The position numbers and the translations under genes were made by a program. Of a stretch of 64,000 nucleotides of DNA, positions 1 through 11,776 are shown piece after piece. Every line of letters begins with the position of its first letter. Within the stretch, counting starts at the first letter, position 1. The notes beneath the pieces are model-generated. The model made no database searches. It was not told where the DNA came from and saw nothing but the letters and a program-made list of their open reading frames with translations. Where the stretch lies: the NCBI GenBank assembly GCA_000165425.1, contig CT868050.1:1-64000 (forward strand), given 5' to 3'. The DNA is from Paramecium tetraurelia (lineage: Eukaryota).

Positions 1-2743
1 ATAATGTCTATTGTATTTTATGATAAATAATTAAAGCCTTCTGACATTATTCGAATATCATAATTTCAAAAAATTATTAAAACTGCTGTAATAAATCAGA
101 TATGAATTATATAAATTATAAATATGTTTTTCAATTTAACAAATAATTTTGGAATGGCAGTACAAAATTAACTATTTTGAATCAGCACAATTTTTAAGAA
201 TATTGCCCACTTTTCTCTCTTGATTATATGCAAGTTCATCCAAACTTGATGCTGTGTTTAGAGTTTAAGCAACCTAAAATATATTGACTAGAGCTTAATG
301 CTCTTGCTCTGATTATCTCTCAGCATCTGATTTCATTTCATATCAAAAATTATACAAATAGGTGGGTAGGGAACCTATTATTTGAATACTTGGGGAGCAT
401 TCAAACTCAAAACACCTGTAATGTGAAGCAAAACTGCTATGGGAATTTTATTTTATAGCTTTTTAACTTTGATTGAATGCAAAGACTGAAAATTTCAAGT
501 TAGTTCTTTTGAATGTAAAGAATAAGGTTTTCAATTAAGTAATAACTAAATATCATTGTAACACCATTCATCTGTTAATACCTTAATTGCTTTCCTAGGA
601 TATCTGCAAAAATACAAAAGAAGTTGTCCTACAATACTGAGACTAAGCTTGACAAGCCAGCAACCTTTAAATAATAAAGCAAATAAATAACTTGAGCATC
701 ATAAAGTGCTTGATATTAGAAAGGAAATAATGTTTGCTTTTAATTCACATAACTCCTAATCCTGTATATAATCAGCTGGAGTGTATCACATACGGAGGAA
801 TCTAAAATGAAGTTCATTATTGAAATCCTTCATCAATTTGTGCAGCCCTCTATTTGGTTAATAAAAAGTTTTTCACTACATCAATGCTTATGGAGTTTAC
901 TTCTTGAATATATATGGTAAACCATTTTTTGAAATTTCCCAAAACGTTGACAGGTAGATTTTACTGAACCTAATGACCAAGAATCAATTTGCTGTTTAAG
1001 AAGAATTTTTACTTTAGTCATATGATATAGCCGAGTATCAAATGAATCATACTATGTTAATGTAATTAAACAAAACAGTAAAAATCACTGTTCCTAGTAC
1101 AATAGCGATGATGAGCTTTTAGGTTTCAATTAGAAATTAACTAAATTTCTCAAGGTTTAGAAACAGTTTAAATTTATATTAGAGATTGAATAAAGTTGTG
1201 TTATTAATTAAAAAAAAAAATGATATGGCATCTAATGATATGATAATAGTTTATTGAGCTTTGGCATATAGGTTACGGATTAATTAGTTTAAGAAGATAT
1301 TAAGAATCAATTGGAATTTTTGCTCAAGATATTTTCAAATAACTTTTTAAAATAGATTTTTATTGATATTTTAATTTATTGCATTAAAAATGCTATTTAA
1401 GGTAAAATTGGTGCTAATCACCAATATTAAAATTCAAATGCTCTGGCTTTAAAATTAATTTTTTTACCTGATTCAAAAGGAAAGAAAGTTGTCCAAGAGT
1501 AACAAGAAAATAGAATGAAATAATAATAGTCACTTTATTTTCTTTGTTTCTCGACTCGTCATTTTGTAGAAAGTAGGATAAAATTAGGTTTATTCTCATG
1601 TGACGTACGATAAGGTAGTGTTAGAGCAGTCCAGAAGTTAATTCTTGGGATTGCCCCTAATCAGTATATCCTTACGAATTTGCATTATCGATTCTTTGCC
1701 GAAAAGTCTGAGTTTGCTCTAAAAGAAGCAAAGGATTGAGAAAATTAACTCTCCTTCCTTGAAGGGCTCCAAATCCTGATGGCCCTCATTTCCAATCTAA
1801 GTCTCTGAAAGTAGGGTAGCTCCAGTTAGAGTTCTATGTTGGGATTCTTAGATTGAATTCATGTTTGAATTTCGGTATGTTGAAAAATTTATTAGAGATC
1901 AATATTCACAATCATTAAAAAAACAGTTGGAAAATCTCATCAAAATACAAAGGCCTTATAACCACTAATAAATATCTAAATTGGCTTGAATTGATCTGAG
2001 TTCAATATAAAAATTCCTTTACTTTCAGATATAAATTTATTTTAGTAATATAATACACATTGCTTAACTTAATAATTCTTAACTTTCTTGACTAATAAAA
2101 ATCCAAGTTATAAGAATAATTGCTTTTAAAAATTCTTAAGGAATAATTAGAGATTTTCTTTTTATTATTCTTATCAAAATTGTTTGGGGTAAGCAAATCA
2201 ATATATTATAAAAATAGATAGTTGCAACTTCAAAGATCCACTTTTGAGTGCATTTATATTAAAATGAATTCCTATTACATCTTTACTCATTATTCTACTC
2301 TATTATTATTGTGGAAATTATGATTATACTAAATAAATGGTTTCGGAAAAGTAATTGATACTTTATCTAAAATTTAAGATTATTTGGATATCAGTTATTT
2401 TACTTACATAGAAGCTTGCTAATAAAATAATCCTCTTCTAATTTCACCAAAGATAAAACTCTAGAATGAATATAAAATTAAGTTTCTATAGAAATTATAT
2501 TATAAATTATTTAAAAAATGAACAATTTTAAATTTAATTTTAATTCTAAACTGCAACATATTAAGTTTTGATAAAAATTCTTGAATATGATTTTGATGGT
2601 CATTTTTCAATTTTTTCTATTTTAAATCTAAATCTCATAAAATTATGTTCTATGAATCATGAATTTTCTTGGATTAAAATTGTCTAATGTAGCAATTTTT
2701 AGATAATTACAATAAAATGCAATTGATTTTATAAATTAAATAA

Positions 2744-4369
2744 ATGAAATTGCTTATCTATCTGATATAGTTGATGATATATTTTGGAGAATCTCAACCT
2801 ACTTGGAAGGAAATTTATAATAGCAAAAATTGGGAAAATCCAGATCCATAATAGACAAAATAATCATGGCAATACGCTTATGCTTATGGTGGTCCATTTA
2901 GTTATTGTGGGGGTTCAAAGATACTTGGAGGATATTCTGTTTTTGGTAAATCTTCCTTTGTTTCTTCAATTCTCAAGCTTCCACCTCATATATCTGTAAA
3001 AATTACTTTTGACTTTTGGAAGTATTATAATTATTGTATTTAGAATTGATTCGTGGGATAGCGAGATTTTCATATACTTATTTGACAACTATGTTGCATC
3101 TTAATCATTCACTGGTGACCAAGGTGGCGATATTTGTGGTAATATGGGGAGTTTTTATAGAGATCACGTGGAAACCATAACATCTACACTATCACCTCAC
3201 CTTTCCTCATCTCTTGTTTTGTTTATGACTTCAAATTTAAATGCGTCGTCGGAAAATGTAGAATTTGTATAATCTTTAGGAATCATGGGGATTTAACAAT
3301 TTCAAAATAGAAATTGAAGAATGTCCAGAAGGTTGCATGTTTTGCCAAGATTCTACAATTTCATGCAATTAATGGATTAATTTTGTTTCATATTGGCCAG
3401 GCTCAAATGAATCTGATGTATGGTAGGTTGAAAACAATCAAACAATTGGTTATAGCAAATGCGCTAGCCTATAGATTGCAGGAGGAATTGATACACTTTT
3501 TAAAGGACAAAGTATAGAAAATCTCATTTAAAATCTACCTCCTCACTTTAAGGTTCATGTAGTTGTCAAACTTTGGGTAATTGGCAAATGGAATAACGAA
3601 GTATTTGATTTAAATATCGATAATCAATCTAAATATTCCACTCAGATCTATTCTTTGGACTCCAGCTTTTTTTGTTCTGAACACTAAGTGAAGATAATCA
3701 ATATTGATGCAAATACATATCATACATCTCAAGAAATAGAAATAAAAATGAAATCAGTGAAAAATTCAGAAGAGAATGCATATTGGGGAGTTTAGTCTTT
3801 TAACTTGTATGTAGCTAAATGTTCAGTTGGTTGTGAAGAATGCGATTGGAATGTCGTCTATAAATGTATTAGATGTATCAAAAGATGGGGAATCTTAAAT
3901 AGTGAATGCATACCTGGTAGATAAAATTTTATATCAACTAGCTCCTCCATTAGAATGTTCATTAGTTAGAATTAATGAGATTTTTGGTTTAAAAACTAAT
4001 TCTATAAACTTATTCGAACTAAAAATAAATGAATTAGATTTGGTTATGAAAGAAATTGGCTAACAACAATTAATTGTTAATGATATCATTTCCAATATTT
4101 CTATATCAATTTAGGTTTAATGCTAATAAAACATGGAAATTTTCAGTTTTTTCAGAAATTTTAATGAGTGTTACGGCGAAAAATATTCATTTAGTCATTA
4201 TTGTACCTCTCAAAGTAAAATCTTTATTTACAATGCAATATTTATCTAACTTGTTGAATCTCAAAAAGAATTATTAATCCATATGTCTTAATAGAAAATA
4301 GAAATTATTTAAGTATCAATACTCAATGATGTTGAAACATAAGTTTTAATATTGAAAATTGAAATCTGA
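2744..4369 (+). CDS. Secreted/surface protein of a ciliate-expanded family (LPPH...IDSWD repeats plus CxxC furin-like segments)
   Basis: Table-6 translation MKLLIYLIQLMIYFGESQ (signal-peptide-like)...CGGSKILGGYSVFG...LPPHISVKITFDFWK|IDSWDSE. A second unit reads LPPHFKVHVVVKLWVIGKWNNE, with CPEGCMFC and CSVGCEEC segments. Introns of 22 nt at 3022-3043 and 3258-3279, and a third near 3917-3941. Confidence 0.75.
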
Positions 4370-5970
4370 ATTATTTATAATTTTATTATATTAATATCAT
4401 TCATTAAAATATGCAGGATTTTGATTTATTGAGCAATGTTTGAAGTATTGTTTTTTCTGAAATTTGTATGTCTAATTTTGGAATTAATTCATTTTACTAT
4501 CTTAATTTTAAATCTAAAGTTAAAAAATTCTTAGGAATCCAATTTATAATTTGTTTTAGAAATCCAGTTATCAACATGATTTGAATTTTTCAATGTTTAA
4601 TATAATAAAGCAAAATAATTTTATTAAAATATTTTTACCTAATACTTGATATGCGTCATTTATCGAATTTAAAAAAATCTAATTGACTTAGAGTGTTTGT
4701 ATGTTCTCATAAATTAATTATAAATTAGAATATTTATTCTACAATAATTAAGGAATTTTAAATTGGAAAATATACTATTATAATGTTAATTAAAGATAAA
4801 GAATATAATAATAAGATATTATAGCTTGTAATCCAAGAATAAAATTTGCTAGGATTTACTATCTATACATATGAAGCATGCAAGAAGAATATGATACTCT
4901 ATATTTCTTGAACAACAGCTTCTTCATGACTCTGTTTTCCAAAAATGGAGAGGGATCCTAACAACTTAAAGTTGTTTTGGTATATTTTTTTGCCATGACT
5001 GTATTTTTTTATCTTCCAACAAATTAGTTGATGCATGAAGGATACAAAATTGACCATCAAAATATGAGCGCTATCAATTGACTCCTAATATCTATCTAGT
5101 ATAAGTAGATATCAGAGCTTATCCATTTCTTTCAATAAAATGAACTGATTGGGATAGCGTCTTTGAGATTTTGTAAACAAATTTAGATCGGAATTACAAT
5201 TTATTTTTTCAACTGCATCTATGTATCCACTAATTTTAAAAATCTATAAATGGAAATTTCATATATAAATGTTATTTTTTACTTCAAATAATTCTTGATA
5301 AAATGGATCTGATATAAGCTATATATTTTCTTCCACTCACCTGTGACAAAATATAGAGCCTTCGCTAGTGCAGCAGTAAACTCTTACAAAAAAACTAAAT
5401 AAGAGAACAAAATATTCATACAAACTTAGACCTCATTTAGATGATTGAGTGGTTATTACTTATCATATTCAATTTCTTTCTAATACTAATCCAAAATCAA
5501 ATAACTAAGGATCAAAATCCTCTAAATCAACCTTCCCTTATAAATTAATTGGATAAAAAATAATCTGAACCTTGTATATATAATTTTCTTAGAAAGTCAG
5601 TTTTTATTGAAAAAATGAAATTGCTATACATAATGAAAACATCAAAAAATTCTGATTTTATATAAAAAATTAATACCACTTTACATTGATTATAAGTTTA
5701 AGTAAAAAGAAAAACTATAAAGTACTCATATTAAGTTTGATATTCAAATATTAAAAACAAAAAATATTGATTTTACATATATGTTTATAAAAGAAATTTC
5801 TAAGAAATCATATTGCTCTTCTAATGACAGATTTAATAGGGATTCTAATCTTCTATATAGTTATTATTAGAAAAAAGCAATTTCTCAATTGATATTTTTC
5901 TTTATATAATTTTTTTTATATGAGAATGCTTTGATTAAAATAATATTCATTTGGAAATTACATATCTAAT

Positions 5971-6897
5971 TCAAACGTATGCAATATAGGATTATTCTTA
6001 AATTCCACATGAATTACCTGGAGCCAGTCTGATGATTCCATCTTCTCCCCACCATTAACCCCAAGAATTTTTGACTATCCAAGTTCCATCGTCCTTGAAA
6101 CCTATAATCAAAGCATCATGGTTTAATTCTTCAAAAGTACATTTATTAAAGACACCGGATTTATAAAATAACCAAGTTGTAGCATCAACAGTTGCAGCGA
6201 TTGGAGACTTAATAATTGCTGCCTACATTTAATCTGGTTCAACCTTTTGATATCCTTTAAATTTGAATTACCCTGTTGGTTTTTTGCATCCATCAGTTTA
6301 CCCAGTGTAAGGATAACTGGCTGAGGTGGTCACACCATTATTTTGAGCCCAATTCAATGAATTGTTTAGGTTGCCATCTTCACAACCTTAATTTTCTAAG
6401 TCGCAATCAATTAACTATTATTCTGAAAGATCCAAATTTGTGACACTATTAATTCTTAAAACAGATTCTACTGCTCCAATTGCTGCAAAAGCCCAAGCAG
6501 CTCCACAATATCCTTAATCTTTGACAGATGTCAAGCCTGCCCAATTAGCTGAAGTTAGGTTTGCTTCATTAGTTGGTACATATTTTTCATTTACTAATTT
6601 CTAAGGAGATCTTCTTCTTAAGTAGATTGCTTTAAATTCCTCTTAAGTTAAATCAGTAAATTAATTCTCTCCCATTGTAAAAGTTTAGGTTTTATCAGCA
6701 TTATGAGCTTCAAATAGCTTGATTCTCTCTTCAAAAATCTTTGCTCTGTAGATCTTTTCAGAAGGACCATAAAACTTTTAATATTTTGTTGTATAAAGCT
6801 CAAATCTTTATTAAATACTCACTTCTGAAGCATCAAAATACTGAGAGGCTCCAATCATAAGTAGGGATAGCATTCCCAATGTTAGAAGTTTATTCAT
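5971..6897 (-). CDS. Cathepsin L-like papain-family (C1A) protein, catalytic Cys replaced by Ala
   Basis: Intronless 308-aa ORF with signal peptide, ERFNIN-like propeptide (EKIYRAKIFEERIKLFEAHN), GENQFTD, VKDQGYCGAAWAF, LSEQQLIDC, NHDAL and WIVKNSWGQWWGEDG. Confidence 0.93.
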
Positions 6898-7332
6898 TTT
6901 AAATTATTATAATTTTTAATCTTTGCCTGTTTTTATTATAAAAGTGGTGACATAATTAAATATATCATCAAGAATCAATTTTTTTTCTTAAAATTAAAGT
7001 TAAATTAAATCAGTTATACCTTTTTATCGAATCAGTTTGTTATTTTATAAATAGTTATCTCTATCTCTATCAAGTTGATATTGAGTAATATGTAATATGG
7101 AAGCTAACAAATTAGAGCTATTGAATATCACTCAAGGTTTCAATAAGAATTAAAGCTATTGAATGGAGAAAATTTAGATAGATATTCAAAAATTATAATA
7201 TTAAAGAGTTCTTGATCAATAATTTTCTGGTTTTTTTGTACTTTTAGTATTAAGAAACTAAGTAAAATATATAATTTAAATTTAGAGAACATCTTAGATG
7301 TATTACTATTTTTATATTAATTAATTTAAATT

Positions 7333-8379
7333 ATGTAAAAATAAAGGAATAATAGTCCAAAATCAAAACAACAGCAAGATCATGTCACCTTCTGTTATCA
7401 ATTATTAGCTCAAGCAAACTACAAACACCCAGATGACTGTTGTGCAATATCAATTAGCCCAAATAACAACCTTTTAATTTGTTCTGCCTATGAAAGCATC
7501 AAAGTCCTTTAATTTAAAAATGGGTCTCTATAATATCTGTAATAAATAAACAAGCATCATGAGAATATCACAACACTAAACTTCTTTCGTAGAAAAATGA
7601 ATTTCCTCTCCAGTTCATGTGACGGTTCAATGATCATTTGGTCTTCATCTCTTATATCAAGTCTTAAATTCATAACAAAATTGAATGCCCATTCTGATTA
7701 GATAAATTGCGTAGTCGTAACAAGTAATCTTTAAGATGATCTCATCATCAGCGGTTCATTTGACTAAACAATCAAATTTTGGTCACCTACCTGCTCCTTG
7801 CCTTCCTCATGGTCATGCATTTAGACCATCCATGAACATACTTCTTTAATTTATGGATTGTCTATTAATGAAGATGGAAATAAATTAATATCTTGTGGTT
7901 ATGATGAATTAATCTTAGTGATTGAAAAATCTAACAACAATATTTGGGAAGTCAAATAGAAAATTAAGGTTGATGTAGGATTCCGTTTGGCTTTCATAAC
8001 TAGTAATATCTTTGTATTTTAACCCTATAAAAGAGAGCAACTTAACTTTTACACTTATGATTAGCTCTCATAATAATATATTTAATCGAAAACATTATCA
8101 ATTAAAGGAAGTGGGCAAAAATGTTAATAATATTTTCCATAAATGTTTATTCCCTCCAAATAAATTCTTGTTTCTAAAAATGGTCACGCAATTAATTTTA
8201 TAATGTTCCACTTTATCTCAAGTGTTGAATGGGAATGCAATCTAAAATATGTTATTTCTTTTGATTAATGTGTTAATGGACTGATTTTTGGTACAGTGAG
8301 TGAGAATGGAGAATTTTTAATAACCTGGGATTAAAAATCTGAGTAGATTTAAATTCGATAATTCAAATGTTTATTATGA
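7333..8379 (+). CDS. WD40-repeat protein
   Basis: 348-aa uninterrupted table-6 ORF with repeats HHENITTLNF..FLSSSCDGSMIIW, AHSDQINCV..IISGSFDQTIKFW and EHTSLIYGLSINEDGNKLISCGYD. Confidence 0.88.
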
Positions 8380-8741
8380 AACTTATATTTAAATACAAAA
8401 CAAATAAATTTTAGTTCCTGATAATTAATAAAATAGTAAAGAGTGAGAATTCAATATTCGTTAAGAATTTACAATTTATGTGTATGTTAAGTTTTTTATT
8501 TTAAGCCAAATTAGCGAACGATAAATATGTATTATGAAATTATTATAAAAGTATCTTTAAAGAAACTAATGTAAATTTAATTTTGTAGAATTTTCAGAAA
8601 TTTAACATCATCTAGAATTATCTTTCCATGAAACATTATGATGTATTAGAGATTACATAAAACAATTGATATTAAATTTATTAATTGAAAGGCTCTAAGA
8701 TAGAATAAATGAAAACTTTTTTCTGCACATATAATTATTGT

Positions 8742-9706
8742 TCAATTATATTTCAAATTCTATATTAGCCACAATGTAAAACGATAAACCATTTCGTATT
8801 GCTCTTCAGTCTAAACCATATAGGCTCTTTATTCACGTAACCTTCGAACAATGCTAAAAATCGATATCTTTTCTTCTTTCTAATTTAACAATTATTTAAT
8901 ATAACAAATTGACAATAAAGTTCCAGTCCTACCGATTCCAGCACTACAATGTATCACTGTTTTTTTATTTTCCAAGATTGATTGATTAGCTATATTTGCT
9001 AATAAATCAATAAGAAAAAATGAGTCTTTATCAACTACTCCAAAATCAGGCCATCCATTCCATTAATAATGATGTATTAATTTTTCTTATTCTTGAAATT
9101 TAATTATTAGTTCATTCAACATCAGTCCACCTTTTAACTCTTCTTTTTTTTGTAACTTTACTTAATAAGGTCCATAATTATCTGATATTTCTGGCCAGTA
9201 TTTCTCACATTGACTCTAAATTACCAATAAATTTTACAAAATTATGATCCACTAATTTACAAAGCATAATTATCACCCCAACCTCGTTTGTCCAAATCAT
9301 ATGCCAAAAATCATTCACACTTTATTGGATTGGGCCCTAAGTGGCAATGTATTTCTTTTCAACATTATCTATTCCTCTAATATAATTTGCATTAATGTAA
9401 AACTTCTCATTTATGTTACATGATACAATAGTGTGTTTATCTTAATAATCTAATTGATGATTTACATGGTAAAATATCTATATATCGATTCAAATGCTGA
9501 ATATTTTCATTCTAACAGAAGTTTTTTTCATGTTCCTTAGTCTCAGTTATTTAACATAAATAATCGAATTCCCTTACTAATTTTCTTTAAGGGAAAGATT
9601 TGACAAACTCGCTGATACTTATTGCCGTTTCGTATTTCATAAACTAGCTATCCTATGTTTTAGACGATAAATCAATTGGAAGTTATTAACTCTTTTATTA
9701 ATTCAT
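8742..9706 (-). CDS. Classical protein-tyrosine phosphatase
   Basis: LNRYIDILPY (pTyr loop), YINANYI, YIATQGP, DFWHMIW, CEKYWP, WPDFGV, IHCSAGIGRTGT and Q-loop MVQTEEQY, with short introns near 9442-9466 and ~9250. Confidence 0.93.
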
Positions 9707-10580
9707 TAATCGATTATATCCAATTAATTACGTTTAAACAATGTAATATATTTTGCATTTTAATAATTAAAACATTGTTGCCAAAACATATTATTCTAAT
9801 GAATGTGTTTTAATTCGCCACGAAGATATAATTTTTATTCTTATGAACTACTCTGATTCATTAATTCATTAGTTGTAATATTAAATAAATATCTTCTGAA
9901 GAAAAAAATTCAAAACAAAGAAAACTGATAAACATTCAAGTTAGTATCAATGATTATATTTTTAATATCTTGAAAAGAATATAATTTAATGATGAAATAA
10001 TATCAGGATGAAGCTTATGTTAAGATAAATATATTTTTAATTTAATACAATTATTGTGTATAAATATTTTCTTCAATTATTTAATTTTCATTTTATTTAA
10101 TGATCCTAATTTTTGTTGATAGTTCATATAAAATCAGGATTTGAAATGGAAAACGATCAGAATAAATGAACCCCTATAATTTAGCATCATCGAGGTTAAC
10201 TGGAATTGAAATTTTGAGAAACAACATTGTAAATTACCTGTATTTTTATCTTATTAATAAACTTCAAATTTCAATTTTAAATATCTATATTTTTGAATAT
10301 TTTATATATATATAAATAAATGATTTTGCTGATTAAACTATTAAGATTTAGAAATTAGAGGATAAACAAAGATTTCTAAACTTATTTCATTTTTACCAAA
10401 TTAACTAAGTTACCATTCTAATATTGATATCAAATTAGCATCAAAGTATATTCTAGAACATATGTATCTAGAATTAGTAACTGATAACTTATATTATGAT
10501 GAAATATAAAATGTTACAATCCAAATTTCAATCAGAAAATAGCAAATAAAAATTATATTATAATTGTTTTTGAATTACTA

Positions 10581-11677
10581 ATGATGGACAAATACAAATA
10601 TGGTATATATTTTGACTCATGAACTAGCTTAATCATTATATAGATCCAAAAATTACAAACACTCTTTCATAACAACATAATTATGTTGTAGAGTTAAGGT
10701 TTAGCATATTTGGGAGTAGACAAATCTCAATGATGAATCTGAAACAGTAAAAAGTGCAGGCTTGCTATGTAGATATGACGATAAAGGGTTAATTAAATTC
10801 ATCAAGAGAGTTATTGACTCGGCTGATACTTACACATATGAATAGCAGAAATGGTTACAAAAGGCAATTCAAAAAATTTATTATGAATCATATTAAGAGT
10901 TATCTCTCCATGAAATTCGTTTTTTGATAAAGGAAATATAAAAAGAGCACGAGAACAATAACAAAACAAGAACCATAAGTTGCCTCTAGATGTTGTGCTA
11001 GATTTTACTTGGGCTAGGAAGAATAGATGAAGCGCTATCGATTTGGCCTTCGTTTATTGGTTTGGAGCCTAATTCTTTGGTTGGCTATCAGAAATAAGGT
11101 ATTTAAGCATACACAATTTAATTTCAAGCATAATTATTGGCTAAGTTGAAGGATGAGGAATCCAGTATTGAGGTTTGGAATCTGTATTTAAGCAATAACA
11201 AAGAAGAAGAGTTCACTTTTTGTCATCAAAAAGGTATAGTATAAACAAGAGAGTTTAGCTTAATTCCTTTTTATTCATTTAGAGAGGATGGATGAGGCAG
11301 TTCAAGTATGGAATGATTACATTCAGAAAAACCCTAATTATCTAGATGCTTACATTAACAAAGGTATTGTATGAATAGCATAATTACTCTTAGCTGACCT
11401 ATTACATTAGATGTTTGACATTGAAGGGGTGATAGCTGTGTATGATGATTATATAAAGAAACATTAAAATGATTTTAAGGGCTATAGAGTAAAAGGTAAA
11501 ATATATTTCAATACAATAAAGCTGACTTTCTTGTAGCTTTGAGTTAATTTGATGATGCAATAGAAGTTTGGGAAAGCTATTTGCAATTGTTTCCGAAGGA
11601 TAGAAAAGCTTATGAGAAGATGGGTATTATCTATAAAATAATCAATAGTGATGGTCGTGAACCTTAAATACTAATGA
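10581..11677 (+). CDS. TPR-repeat protein
   Basis: Repeats such as LGRIDEALSIW and LERMDEAVQVWNDYIQKNPNYLDAYINK. Six 25-30 nt introns, with internal exons of 105/105/102/102 nt. Confidence 0.8.
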
Positions 11678-11776
11678 TATTAGCATACAATTAATTTATA
11701 ATTTTACATAAATACAGTCATTCCTTCAATAAGGAACAACAATATATTAATTATAAAGGACATATAAATTAGATGC

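Noticed and set aside
1596..1862. Slightly GC-richer stretch with an 88-codon minus-strand ORF (MNSIQESQHRTLTG...), or a possible ncRNA
   Set aside because: No recognisable protein motif, telomerase template or snoRNA box arrangement; coding and non-coding cannot be distinguished by eye.
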